A stretch of DNA of 64,000 nt from an uncultured Actinomycetota bacterium (GTDB lineage: Bacteria; Actinomycetota; Actinomycetes; CAVWCF01): NCBI GenBank assembly GCA_963753435.1, contig CAVWCF010000001.1, positions 192,001 to 256,000 on the forward strand. The letters are read 5' to 3'. A program made the translations under genes and the position numbers. Positions 35,604 to 45,088 of the stretch are shown here, one piece after another. How positions within the stretch are numbered: the stretch's first letter is position 1; each line of letters starts with the position of its first letter. The notes under the pieces were generated by a model. It searched no databases. It was not told where the DNA came from and saw only the letters and a list, made by a program, of their open reading frames with translations.

Positions 35604-36209
35604 GTGGCAACCCCGGAGCACCTGAGCGACAGAGTCTGGACTGTTCCCAACTTCTTGTCGCTGCTGCGCCTGGCGGCCATCCCGCTCCTGTTGTGGTTGG
35701 TGCTCGGGCCGGAGGAGGACGTCTGGGCCGGGGTCCTGCTGGTTGCCGTCGCCGTAACCGACTGGGCCGATGGCGTCATCGCCCGGCGTACCGGCGCCAC
35801 CTCCGAACTGGGTCGCCTGTTGGACCCCTTGGCCGACCGGCTGACCACGTTGGCTGTGCTTGGTGCTTTCGGTATCCGCGGAATTGTGCCGTGGTGGTTC
35901 GTCGGCGTGCTGCTGCTGCGCGACGTGCTGATGACGGTGGCCCTCTGGCGTTTGCGCCGACGTGGAATCGAGCCCCTCGAGGTCTCGTTCGTGGGCAAGG
36001 CGGCGACGGCCGCGCTCCTGTCTGCATTCCCCGCATTGCTGTTCGGGGGTGGCTCGGGCTGGTGGGCCGATGCCTGGCTGGCGTACGGCTGGGCGGCCGC
36101 GGCCTGGGGCGTTCTTCTGTACTGGTGGTCGGCGCTGCTGTATCTGCGCCAGGTTCGGGTACTACTGGCCGGGTCCCGGGCGCACGTGTCCAGCGGTTCC
36201 ACGGCATAG
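35604..36209 (+). CDS. CDP-alcohol phosphatidyltransferase (PgsA2-like)
   Basis: WTVPNFLSLLR and TDWADGVIARR..SELGRLLDPLADR motif. Confidence 0.93.
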   Translation: MATPEHLSDRVWTVPNFLSLLRLAAIPLLLWLVLGPEEDVWAGVLLVAVAVTDWADGVIARRTGATSELGRLLDPLADRLTTLAVLGAFGIRGIVPWWFVGVLLLRDVLMTVALWRLRRRGIEPLEVSFVGKAATAALLSAFPALLFGGGSGWWADAWLAYGWAAAAWGVLLYWWSALLYLRQVRVLLAGSRAHVSSGSTA

Positions 36210-36237
36210 GCTCCTGCCAGCGCGACAGGAGGTGCCG

Positions 36238-37062
36238 ATGTCCAACGGGCCGGGAAGGTCCTCCACTGCGCTGCTGACCGAGATCGTTGATACCGCGCTG
36301 GAACCGGGGTATGCAGCCGCCGCGGAAGCCCGTCGAAACAGCGATGGTTCGGCACCGCGCCAGAGTGCCGGTCGCTCCGTGACCGTGCTGGTGGGCACCG
36401 TTGTGCTGGGGCTATTCCTCGGCGTGGCCGCTGTCGTGGCGGATGCGTCCGATCCGCAGCAAGCCCAATCGCGCAGCCAACTGGTCGCCGAGGTCGAGGA
36501 GTCCTCGGCGCAGGTGGCCGAACTACAGCAGACGGCTACCCAACTGCGAGCCGAAGTCACCGATCTGCAGCGTGAGGTGCTGCTGACTGCGGATGCGGAC
36601 CCTGCGGAGTTGCTGGCTCTGGAAGTCGCGGCGGCGACCGTGGCGGTTGCCGGCCCCGGTCTGGAAGTGCGTATCGACGATGCCGCGAGCACGCCCGCCG
36701 GGCAGGACCCGGCCCTGAGTCGGGTCCTCGACAGCGACCTGCAGGGCATCGCCAACAGCCTCTTCAACGCAGGTGCTGAGGCGATCGCCATCAACGACCA
36801 GCGCCTCAGCAGCCTCAGCGCGATCCGCGGCGCCGGGGAGGCGATCCTGGTCAACTACCGACCGCTTACTCGCCCTTATGTCGTCCAGGCAATCGGCGAC
36901 CCGCTGCGACTGGAAGCCTCGTTCGCGCAGTCTCCGGCGGGCGTCGGCCTGCGCACGCTGACCGACAGCTACGGCATCCGCAGCGATGTGCGCACGGTGG
37001 ATTCGCTCCGGCTGCCGGCCGCGCCGGCAGCGACTCTCAGTGAGGCGTCGGTGGCACCGTGA
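36238..37062 (+). CDS. DUF881 family membrane protein
   Basis: AGGAGG RBS; LEPGY, TM helix, coiled coil, VAGPGL, DSDLQ..N.LF.AGAEAIAINDQR, PYVVQAIG. Confidence 0.88.
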   Translation: MSNGPGRSSTALLTEIVDTALEPGYAAAAEARRNSDGSAPRQSAGRSVTVLVGTVVLGLFLGVAAVVADASDPQQAQSRSQLVAEVEESSAQVAELQQTATQLRAEVTDLQREVLLTADADPAELLALEVAAATVAVAGPGLEVRIDDAASTPAGQDPALSRVLDSDLQGIANSLFNAGAEAIAINDQRLSSLSAIRGAGEAILVNYRPLTRPYVVQAIGDPLRLEASFAQSPAGVGLRTLTDSYGIRSDVRTVDSLRLPAAPAATLSEASVAP

Positions 37063-37391
37063 TCGCGGTACTGGGCCTGCTGATCGGCATCGTCCTCGGC
37101 CTCGTGCTGCAACCGGACGTGCCGACCTGGCTGCAGCCCTACTTGCCGATCGCTGTGGTGGCCGCGCTGGATGCGGTATTCGGTGCAGTGCGCGCCAGCC
37201 TGGAGGGAACCTTCAGCGACCGTGTCTTCGTCATTTCCTTTGTGGGCAATGTTCTGGTCGCCGGCTTGATCGTCTTCCTTGGCGACCAACTCGGGGTCGG
37301 CGCGCAACTGTCGATCGGAGTGGTCGTCGTGCTGGCCATGCGGATCTTTGCCAACGCAGCCGCCATTCGCCGCGACATCTTCAAGGGTTGA
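37059..37391 (+). CDS. Small basic protein (Sbp/DUF1290)
   Basis: YLPIAVVAALDAVFGAVRA..F.DRVFVISF..N, RIFAN.AAIRR. Confidence 0.9.
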   Translation: MIAVLGLLIGIVLGLVLQPDVPTWLQPYLPIAVVAALDAVFGAVRASLEGTFSDRVFVISFVGNVLVAGLIVFLGDQLGVGAQLSIGVVVVLAMRIFANAAAIRRDIFKG

Positions 37392-37392
37392 C

Positions 37393-38109
37393 ATGACCGA
37401 TACCGAGTCGACCCCCGAAACCGATAACGAGGCCAACCGGCCCTCGCGCCGCTGGCTGCTGCCGATCGCGATTCTGGCCGGACTTCTCGGCTTCGCGGTC
37501 GTTGCCCAGGTGCGCGCCACTGATGAGGACCCCCTCGCTAGCGCCCGGCAGACCGACCTCGTGCGAATCTTGGGTGACTTGGACACCCAGGCTGAGCGGT
37601 TGCGGCAGGAGATTTCCGATCTCACCGCCGCGCAAGCGGAGTTGGTGAGCGGCGCGCCCGAGGCCGAGGCGCTGGCCCAGGCGCAGCGCCGCACGGAGGT
37701 ACTGAGCCTGCTCGCCGGAACGGTTCCGGCTGAAGGCCCCGGCGTGGTCGTGCGTCTCAGCGGTTCGGACATCTCCGCGGCGGTGGTGCTGGATGCGGTT
37801 CAGGAGCTTCGGGATGCCGGCGCCGAGGTGATTCAGATCGGGGACGTACGACTGATCGCATCAAGTTCCTTCGCCGACGGCAGCAACGGCGGATTGGTTG
37901 TGGACGGCACCACGCTCAACAGCCCCTACCGCCTGCTGGCGATCGGGGACGGCCGGACGCTGGAGGCGGCGCTGCGGATCCCCGGGGGTCTTGTCGACGG
38001 CGTGGGGGCAGCCGGTGGCTCGGTGGATATCCAGGCGGTCGATAGGGTCCAGATCGACGCGGTGGTCGCACCCGTCACCCCTGAGTTCGCTGAACCCGTC
38101 GCTGATTGA
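37393..38109 (+). CDS. DUF881 family membrane protein
   Basis: TM helix, coiled coil, LAGTVPAEGPG, QELRDAGAE, PY..LAIGD..LE.AL.IPGG. Confidence 0.88.
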   Translation: MTDTESTPETDNEANRPSRRWLLPIAILAGLLGFAVVAQVRATDEDPLASARQTDLVRILGDLDTQAERLRQEISDLTAAQAELVSGAPEAEALAQAQRRTEVLSLLAGTVPAEGPGVVVRLSGSDISAAVVLDAVQELRDAGAEVIQIGDVRLIASSSFADGSNGGLVVDGTTLNSPYRLLAIGDGRTLEAALRIPGGLVDGVGAAGGSVDIQAVDRVQIDAVVAPVTPEFAEPVAD

Positions 38110-38120
38110 GGAGAGAGTCG

Positions 38121-38489
38121 ATGGTTCCCGAAGACCTGCGCTACACGGCCGAACACGAGTGGATCCGTGAAGAGGGCGGTGTCTTGGTGGTCGGCATCAC
38201 CGACTATGCCCAGGACCAACTCGGCGACGTGGTCTTCGTGTCGGCACCGGCGGCGGGAACTGCGGTGACGGCGGGATCGCCCTGCGGCGAGGTGGAGTCG
38301 ACCAAGAGCGTCAGCGACCTGTATGCGCCGGTCGACGGTGAGGTGGTGGAGAGCAACGACGCCCTGCAGAACACCCCCGAGCTGATCAACACCGACCCTT
38401 ACGGCGAAGGCTGGATCATGCGCATTCGCCCCACCGCCGGCACGGATGGAACGCTTGACGCGGCCGCCTACACCGCACTGATCTCTTGA
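38121..38489 (+). CDS. gcvH: Glycine cleavage system H protein
   Basis: YTAEHEW, GITDYAQDQLGD, VESTKSVSDL (lipoyl Lys), DPYGEGW. Confidence 0.98.
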   Translation: MVPEDLRYTAEHEWIREEGGVLVVGITDYAQDQLGDVVFVSAPAAGTAVTAGSPCGEVESTKSVSDLYAPVDGEVVESNDALQNTPELINTDPYGEGWIMRIRPTAGTDGTLDAAAYTALIS

Positions 38490-38516
38490 CGCCCCACCCG
38501 ATCGACGTATCGGCGC

Positions 38517-38575
38517 TTGACGCGCTGGCGTGACGGTCATACGGTAACCCAACCCTCAACTGAAAGTAGAGGGTT
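38517..38575 (+). promoter_or_regulatory. SigA-type promoter with overlapping palindromic operator (FtsR-like box)
   Basis: TTGACG-N17-TACGGT, then AACCCTCAACT-GAA-AGTAGAGGGTT at 38551-38575. Confidence 0.7.
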
Positions 38576-38611
38576 AGCAGGGCCGGGTTCCGGCCAGGAA
38601 TGGGAGGCACC

Positions 38612-39100
38612 GTGAACCTGTGCCCGGCGTGCGGGGCGGAGATCCCGGACGGCAGCGTCATCTGCCCCGAATGCGGCCATCGCGGACCCGAAGCGACGTC
38701 CGCGCTGCAGCCGGTAGGCGGGCAGCGTGAACCCCAGCCCGAACCGCAGCCAGAGCTCGTCGACATGGGGGTGGACCTGTCCCAACTGCGCGAAGAGACG
38801 GCCATCCTGCTGGTCCACGAGGGGCCTGGCGCCGGGAGCAGGTTCCTGCTGGACGCTGACGAGGTCATGGCCGGGCGCTCGCCGGACGCCGAGATCTTCC
38901 TGGACGACATCACCGTCTCCCGGCGGCACGCGGTGTTTACCCGCGAGGGCGGCTCCTTCCGCGTCACCGATCAGGGGTCGCTGAACGGCACTTACGTGAA
39001 CAACGAGCCGGCGATCACGGAACTCCTTGCCGACGGTGACGAGGTGCAGATCGGCAAGTTCCGCATGTCCTTGCGTCTGCCTGGGGGAGAGGATGGGTGA
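38612..39100 (+). CDS. garA: FHA-domain protein (GarA/OdhI family) with N-terminal zinc ribbon
   Basis: CPACG..CPECG; GPGAGSRFLLD, GRSPDAEIFLDDITVSRRHA, SLNGTYVN, QIGKFR; between gcvH and ftsR. Confidence 0.85.
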   Translation: MNLCPACGAEIPDGSVICPECGHRGPEATSALQPVGGQREPQPEPQPELVDMGVDLSQLREETAILLVHEGPGAGSRFLLDADEVMAGRSPDAEIFLDDITVSRRHAVFTREGGSFRVTDQGSLNGTYVNNEPAITELLADGDEVQIGKFRMSLRLPGGEDG

Positions 39101-39818
39101 GGCTGCCCGTGTTCGGGAGTCGGTGAGCATCGGGGAGGTCATCCGGCAACTCAAACCGGATTTCCCGGACGTAACCATCTCCAAGATCAGGTTCCTTGAG
39201 GCGGAAGGTCTGATCACGCCCGAACGCAGCCCATCCGGATACCGCCGGTTCAGCACGGAAGACCTGGATCGGCTTCGGTATGTGTTGACCGCCCAGCGGG
39301 ACCACTACCTGCCTTTGAAGGTCATCAAGGAACACCTGCACGCAATCGACCGCGGCCTGACGCCCCCGCCGCTGGCGGGTCGCCCGGTCGTGCCCGTCCC
39401 GGATGCACCGGAGTTGTCTGGTGCGGACGAACTCGCAGCCGAACCGGATCTGCGGCTGACCGCAACTGAGATCTGCGAAAGTGCCGGCATCTCGGCTGCC
39501 ACCCTGAAGGAGTTGCAGGCCTACGGTCTGCTCAGTCCGATCAGCGGATCCAAGCACTTTGACGCCGACGCCCTGGCCATTGCGCGCACCGTTGCCGGGT
39601 TCGCCGAATACGGTCTCGGTCCCAGGCATCTGCGCGCCTTCAAGTCGGCGGCGGATAGAGAGATCGGGATGATCGATCAGATCGTCACCCCCCTTCGGCG
39701 GGATCGGCGCGAGGGGGCTTCGGCGCGAGCTGACGACACCGCCCAAAACCTCGCGGCGCTGTCAGTTCGTCTGCACGCAACCTTGGTACGCGCTGGCCTG
39801 GCCTCGGTTTCCGGCTAG
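39093..39818 (+). CDS. ftsR: MerR-family regulator FtsR (Rv1828-like)
   Basis: SIGEV...FPDVTISKIRFLEAEGL..PERSPSGYR, YLPLKVIK, PRHLRAFKSAADRE. Confidence 0.88.
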   Translation: MGEAARVRESVSIGEVIRQLKPDFPDVTISKIRFLEAEGLITPERSPSGYRRFSTEDLDRLRYVLTAQRDHYLPLKVIKEHLHAIDRGLTPPPLAGRPVVPVPDAPELSGADELAAEPDLRLTATEICESAGISAATLKELQAYGLLSPISGSKHFDADALAIARTVAGFAEYGLGPRHLRAFKSAADREIGMIDQIVTPLRRDRREGASARADDTAQNLAALSVRLHATLVRAGLASVSG

Positions 39819-39857
39819 TCGCGGCGCTCCCTGTGTGACCGGCATACAGTTGCCGGT

Positions 39858-40346
39858 GTGGAACCCCTGGACGTGGTCGGTGTCCGTGTAGAGATGCCGT
39901 CGAACAGCCCGATCGTGCTGCTGAAGGAATCCGCGGGGAAGCGGTACTTGCCCATCTGGATCGGCGCCATGGAGGCCACCGCCATTGCCTTCGCTCAGCA
40001 GGGCGTCGTGCCGCCGCGACCGCTGACACACGATCTGCTCAAGGACGTACTGCAGTCGCTGCAGCGGCGGTTGGAGCAGGTGCAGATAACAGACCTGAGC
40101 GACGGGGTGTTCTTTGCGACTCTCGTCTTCGACGACGGCACCGAGGTGAGCGCCCGCCCCTCCGACGCAATCGCGCTGGCGCTGCGTACGGGTAGCCCGA
40201 TCGTCGGGGCGCCTGAGGTTTTGGACGAAGCCGGAATCCTGATCGAAGACGAGCAAGAGGATGAGGTCGAGAAGTTCCGGGAGTTCCTGGACAACATCAC
40301 GCCCGAGGACTTCGAGGGGGAGGGCGGACCAGAACCGTCAAGTTAA
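39858..40346 (+). CDS. Bifunctional nuclease family protein (DUF151)
   Basis: PIVLLKE, LPIWIG..EA.AI, PRPLTHDL, ARPSDAIALA, FREFLDNITPEDF. Confidence 0.93.
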   Translation: MEPLDVVGVRVEMPSNSPIVLLKESAGKRYLPIWIGAMEATAIAFAQQGVVPPRPLTHDLLKDVLQSLQRRLEQVQITDLSDGVFFATLVFDDGTEVSARPSDAIALALRTGSPIVGAPEVLDEAGILIEDEQEDEVEKFREFLDNITPEDFEGEGGPEPSS

Positions 40347-40441
40347 GGTTGAGACTTGAGAGTCTGAAGTTGTGGTGAAGAGTTTGCTGCGGCGTGTCGG
40401 TTCGGAGCGTCGTTGACCGGACCGCGCACCGGTCCTAGCGT
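40333..40441 (+). promoter_or_regulatory. Second FtsR-like box and SigA-type promoter of the merR gene
   Basis: AACCGTCAAGTTAAGGTTGAGACTT (40333-40357); TTGACC-N17-TAGCGT (40413-40441). Confidence 0.6.
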
Positions 40442-40484
40442 TGCGACGCAGTTACGACGATGTGTTTTACGTCCGGAGGTTCAC

Positions 40485-41081
40485 GTGGTTGACGAGAGCA
40501 AGCAGCACACCGCGGAACCACCCGCCATGGACCTGGGGCAGGACACGTTGTTTCACTCCGGCCCAGCTGCGCCGCTACCGGCCGACGTCGGATATCGCGG
40601 ACCCACGGCCTGCTCCGCAGCCGGAATCACGTATCGGCAGTTGGACTACTGGGCCCGCACCGGTCTCGTTGAACCGGGGATCCGTCCGGCGTCTGGATCG
40701 GGCACCCAGCGGCTGTACAGCTTCCGGGACATCCTGGTCCTGAAGATCGTCAAACGGCTTCTGGACGCGGGTGTCTCACTGCAGCAGATTCGCAAGGCCG
40801 TCGAGCACTTGGCCGACAGGGGTGTGCAGGACCTGACGCAGATCACGCTGATGAGCGATGGGGCGTCGGTCTACGAATGCACCTCCAGCGATGAGGTCGT
40901 CGACCTGCTGGCCGGTGGTCAGGGTGTCTTCGGCATCGCGGTGGGCCGGGTTTGGCAGGAGGTCGAAGGCTCCCTGGCCGAAATGCCGGGTGAGCGGGCC
41001 GAGGATTCCGAGATCGCAATTGACGAAGCCGCGCACCCTGACGATGAACTGGCGGCGCGTCGTCGCCGCCGCACCGGCTGA
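40485..41081 (+). CDS. MerR-family regulator (Rv1830-like)
   Basis: GYRGPTACSAAGITYRQLDYWARTGLV, QRLYSFRDIL, MSDGASVYEC, DELAARR; GGAGG RBS. Confidence 0.92.
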   Translation: MVDESKQHTAEPPAMDLGQDTLFHSGPAAPLPADVGYRGPTACSAAGITYRQLDYWARTGLVEPGIRPASGSGTQRLYSFRDILVLKIVKRLLDAGVSLQQIRKAVEHLADRGVQDLTQITLMSDGASVYECTSSDEVVDLLAGGQGVFGIAVGRVWQEVEGSLAEMPGERAEDSEIAIDEAAHPDDELAARRRRRTG

Positions 41082-41113
41082 CGCCGGCCCGGCCGCTAGG
41101 CTTGCCGCGTCGC

Positions 41114-41293
41114 TGACCCCGGGCGGGAGAGTTCCGTCGCCGCCAGCGGCGGGCGCCGAAGGAGCAACACCCCGAAACCTCTCAGGCACCCAGGACCGCC
41201 CGGGTGAGACACCTCTGGAAAGCGGCCTACGGGCCCGCCGACGGTGCAAGGGCGCACAGCCCGAAGCTCTCAGGCTCCGATGACAGAGGGGGC
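41114..41293 (+). ncRNA. Tandem glycine riboswitch
   Basis: Aptamer 1 GGAGAG...CGCCGAAGGAGCAA...AACCTCTCAGG; aptamer 2 CTCTGGAAAG...CGCCGACGGTGCAA...AAGCTCTCAGG...GACAGAG; upstream of gcvP; -10 TAGGCT at 41097. Confidence 0.93.
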
Positions 41294-41320
41294 GTCGATC
41301 TCGGCCGCCTGGAGGAGCCC

Positions 41321-44173
41321 ATGAGCACCGACTTTTCGAATCGTCACATCGGCTGCACGCCTTCGCAGCGGTCCGAGATGTTGGCCGCAATCGGCCTGCC
41401 TGACGAGCGGGCGCTGATTGCCGATGTGCTACCCGAAGTCATTCGCGAGGACGAGCCGCTTGCCTTGCCGCCGGCTCTGTCGGAGGCCGAACTGGAGGCC
41501 CGGCTCCGCGAGCTGGCCGCCAAGAACACCGTCCTGACCTCGATGATCGGGATGGGTTACCACGGCACCGTCACGCCGCCGGTGATCCGACGCAACGTTC
41601 TGGAGAGCCCCGCCTGGTACACCGCATACACGCCCTACCAGCCGGAGATCAGTCAAGGGCGCCTCGAGGCGCTGCTGAACTTCCAGACTCTCGTCGAGGA
41701 CCTGGCCGGACTGCCGACGGCGAACGCCTCGCTGCTGGACGAGGCAACTGCGGCCGCTGAGGCCATGGCTTTGGCCCGCCGCGTCGATCGGTCCGACGCA
41801 GGCGCCTTCTTGGTCGACGTGGAACTACATCCCCAGGTGCGGGCCGTCCTGCAGACGCGGGCGGAAGCGTCGGGCGTTCTGCTCATCGATGCCGACCTGA
41901 CCGGACCCTGGCCGGACGAGGCGGTCTTCGGGGTATTGGTACAGACACCGGGCACCACCGGGCGGCTGCCGGACGTCGCGGACGTCGCGGCGCGGGCGCA
42001 CGACCGGGGTGCACTGTGCGTCGTCTCCGCTGATCCGCTGGCGATGGTGTTGTTGCGGTCCCCGGGGGAGTCGGGGGCGGACATCGTCGTCGGATCCCTT
42101 CAGCGGTTCGGGGTGCCCATGGGCTTCGGCGGGCCGCACGCCGCGTTCATGGCCGTGCGCTCCGGACTTGAACGCCAGCTGCCGGGCCGGTTGGTCGGGG
42201 TCTCGGTGGACGCCGACGGCCGGGGCGGGTATCGCCTGGCCCTGCAGACTCGGGAACAGCACATCCGGCGCGACAAGGCGACCAGCAACATCTGCACCGC
42301 CCAGGTGCTGCTGGCGATCGTCTCGGCGATGTATGCGGTGTACCACGGTGCCGACGGGCTGCGCAGCATCGCGTGGCACACGGCCGACTCGGCACGCCGG
42401 CTCGCTGCGGCGTTGCGATCGGGCGGGTTGTCGCTGCGGCACGAGGAGTTCTTCGACACCGTTGTGGTGGAGGTTCCAGGGGCGGCGCGCTCCGTGGTTG
42501 ACGAAGCCCGATTACGCGGCATCAACCTGCGGCTGCTGGACGAGGACGCCGTGGGGGTGAGCACTGACGAAACGACCACGGACGCACACCTATTGGCGGT
42601 TTGCGCGGCCTTCGGCGTGCCCGAGTCGTTGCCTGCTGCGAATGAATCGGCACCCACGCTGCCTGCGGAGTTGCTCCGCACCGGGCCGCTGTTGACCCAT
42701 CCGGTGTTCAGCAACTACCAGACCGAGACGGAGATGTTGCGGTACCTGCGGCGTCTCTCCGACCGTGACCTGGCCTTGGACCGGACGATGATTCCGCTCG
42801 GCTCGTGCACCATGAAGCTGAACGCAACCGCGGAGATGGAGCCGATCAGTTGGCCGGAGTTCGCCAACCTGCACCCGTATGCGCCGGCTGAGCAGGCCGG
42901 CGGCACGCTGGAACTGATCGAGGAACTCGGACACATGCTGGCCGAGGTCACCGGGTACGCGGCGGTTTCGGTGCAGCCCAACGCCGGCTCCCAGGGCGAA
43001 TTCGCCGGCCTGTTGGCGATCCGCGCCTATCACCGTGATCGCGGCGAACCGCAGCGGGAGGTCTGCCTGATCCCGTCCTCGGCGCATGGAACGAACGCGG
43101 CCAGCGCGGTGATGGCGGGGATGCAGGTCAGCGTCGTCGCCTGCGACGACGCCGGGGATGTGGATGTCGTCGACCTGAAGGACCAGATCGCAGCGGCGGG
43201 CGACCGACTGGCCGCGCTGATGATCACGTACCCGAGCACCCATGGTGTGTTCGAGGAACACATCGCCGAGATCTGCGCGATGGTGCATGACGCCGGAGGT
43301 CAGGTGTACGTGGACGGCGCCAACCTCAACGCCCTAGTCGGATTGGCCCGGCCGGGACGATTCGGTGCCGATGTCAGTCATCTGAACTTGCACAAGACGT
43401 TTTGCATCCCTCACGGCGGGGGCGGGCCGGGCGTCGGCCCGGTGGCCGTCGCTGACCACCTTGTGGCCTATCTGCCGTCCCACCCACTGGCCGCCACTGG
43501 GGGAGTAGGGCCGGTGGCGGCAGCGCCGTTCGGTTCCGCGCTCGTTCTGCCGATCTCCTGGGCGTATCTGCGGCTAATGGGTCCGCAGGGGCTTCGGGAC
43601 GCCACGGTCGCGGCGATCCTGTCCGCCAACTACATAGCAACGAGGCTCAAGTCCCATTACCCGGTCCTGTACAGCGGCCGTGACGGTCTGGTTGCGCATG
43701 AATGCATCGTGGACTTGCGCGACATCACCAAGCACACCGGCGTCACGGTGGAGGACGTTGCCAAGCGGCTGATCGACTACGGCTTCCATGCGCCGACGAT
43801 GGCGTTCCCGGTAGCCGGCACGCTGATGATCGAACCCACCGAGTCGGAGAGCTTGGCTGAGTTGGACCGCTTCTGCGACGCGATGATCGCGATCCGCGGC
43901 GAAATCGCCCAGGTTGCTGATGGGACCTTGGATCGGGAAGACAACCCGCTCAAGCGCGCACCCCACCCGGTCGCTGCCGTCCTCGGGTGGGACCGGGCGT
44001 ACCCCTTGGAGTTGGGGGTCTTCCCGACCGGTAGTCAGGACAAGTACTTCCCGCCCGTATCCCGAATTGATTCGGCCTTTGGAGACCGGAACTTGGTCTG
44101 CTCCTGCCCTCCCGTGGAAGCCTTCGCGCAAAGCAATGCGGAAGGTCAGGCAAGCCCTTCGGGGATTGTCTGA
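41321..44173 (+). CDS. gcvP: Glycine dehydrogenase (decarboxylating), P protein
   Basis: [56 protein letters not shown]; GGAGG RBS. Confidence 0.99.
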   Translation: MSTDFSNRHIGCTPSQRSEMLAAIGLPDERALIADVLPEVIREDEPLALPPALSEAELEARLRELAAKNTVLTSMIGMGYHGTVTPPVIRRNVLESPAWYTAYTPYQPEISQGRLEALLNFQTLVEDLAGLPTANASLLDEATAAAEAMALARRVDRSDAGAFLVDVELHPQVRAVLQTRAEASGVLLIDADLTGPWPDEAVFGVLVQTPGTTGRLPDVADVAARAHDRGALCVVSADPLAMVLLRSPGESGADIVVGSLQRFGVPMGFGGPHAAFMAVRSGLERQLPGRLVGVSVDADGRGGYRLALQTREQHIRRDKATSNICTAQVLLAIVSAMYAVYHGADGLRSIAWHTADSARRLAAALRSGGLSLRHEEFFDTVVVEVPGAARSVVDEARLRGINLRLLDEDAVGVSTDETTTDAHLLAVCAAFGVPESLPAANESAPTLPAELLRTGPLLTHPVFSNYQTETEMLRYLRRLSDRDLALDRTMIPLGSCTMKLNATAEMEPISWPEFANLHPYAPAEQAGGTLELIEELGHMLAEVTGYAAVSVQPNAGSQGEFAGLLAIRAYHRDRGEPQREVCLIPSSAHGTNAASAVMAGMQVSVVACDDAGDVDVVDLKDQIAAAGDRLAALMITYPSTHGVFEEHIAEICAMVHDAGGQVYVDGANLNALVGLARPGRFGADVSHLNLHKTFCIPHGGGGPGVGPVAVADHLVAYLPSHPLAATGGVGPVAAAPFGSALVLPISWAYLRLMGPQGLRDATVAAILSANYIATRLKSHYPVLYSGRDGLVAHECIVDLRDITKHTGVTVEDVAKRLIDYGFHAPTMAFPVAGTLMIEPTESESLAELDRFCDAMIAIRGEIAQVADGTLDREDNPLKRAPHPVAAVLGWDRAYPLELGVFPTGSQDKYFPPVSRIDSAFGDRNLVCSCPPVEAFAQSNAEGQASPSGIV

Positions 44174-44469
44174 CCGAGTTGGTCGCTCAAGCCGCCAGTG
44201 GCGGAGTCAACGGAGTCAGTGACTGAAGTAGTGGCGTCCGTGATGCCGTCGGTCACACCGGTGGCTGCGTCGGAAAGACCGTCGGTCACGCCAGTCGCTG
44301 CGTCAGAAAGCCCGTCCGACAAGCCGGTCGCGGCCTCGGTCACGCCGGCAATCAGGTCGGATGCACCGGAGGCCCCGCCTTCGATCAGAGACTGGACCTG
44401 ATCGGTCACACCGCCCAGATCGATGTCGCCGCCACCAAGAATCCCCTTGAGGGAGTCAAGAAGGCCCAT
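44146..44469 (-). CDS. Hypothetical protein with 11-aa repeats
   Basis: AAGGAG RBS; [14 protein letters not shown]-terminus; [11 protein letters not shown]-type 33-bp repeats; 3' end overlaps gcvP. Confidence 0.72.
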   Translation of the reverse strand: MGLLDSLKGILGGGDIDLGGVTDQVQSLIEGGASGASDLIAGVTEAATGLSDGLSDAATGVTDGLSDAATGVTDGITDATTSVTDSVDSATGGLSDQLGQTIPEGLA

Positions 44470-44573
44470 GACCAACTCCTTCTGCCGTTGCCGCGTCGCA
44501 TCGCGGGCGTGAAACGAGGCTAGGCCAGGTCTGGGCTTCGTGCCTGGTGGGGGATTCGGGGAGGGGAGGGGTC

Positions 44574-45056
44574 CTACGTGCGACCTTCTCCCTCCTGGGC
44601 CGCGAACAGTGACGGTTGTTCGGCCATCCAGTCGGCGTGCAGCACGGTGAAGCCGGCCCGCCGTAGTGCGCGCACCACTGCGATGTCATCGTCCACGCAT
44701 ACGGCGACAGTGGCGTCACTGGCTAGGCGAAGAACGACCTCGGTCTTCATGGCGCTGCTGGGCCGTCGGTCGGAGTTGCGGCGCATGAGGAGTCGGCCCT
44801 GAGGCAGACCATGTTCGGTAAGCCAACCGGTGGTGTCCTGCCGGCAGCGCTCCGGGCGCCCGGTCAGGTAGACGATCTCGTGGTCGCTGGCCAACTTCGC
44901 CACAACCGCGCGGCCCTCGGCCAGCAACGGGTCGTTCGGTGCATCTGCAAAGAACCCGTCCCAGTCCTTGGGCCTGGACTGCAGGTGGTGCAACCGGTGA
45001 CGCACGTCGGCCAGGACTCCATCCAGGTCCACGGTGGCCAGCGGTCGAGCACTCAC
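44574..45056 (-). CDS. HAD-superfamily phosphatase (PNK 3'-phosphatase-like)
   Basis: VDLDGVLAD, YLTGRPE, K, VDDD motifs; leaderless GTG after TAACGT. Confidence 0.85.
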   Translation of the reverse strand: MSARPLATVDLDGVLADVRHRLHHLQSRPKDWDGFFADAPNDPLLAEGRAVVAKLASDHEIVYLTGRPERCRQDTTGWLTEHGLPQGRLLMRRNSDRRPSSAMKTEVVLRLASDATVAVCVDDDIAVVRALRRAGFTVLHADWMAEQPSLFAAQEGEGRT

Positions 45057-45088
45057 CCGGTGGACGTTATCGGGCCTACGGTGTCGAC

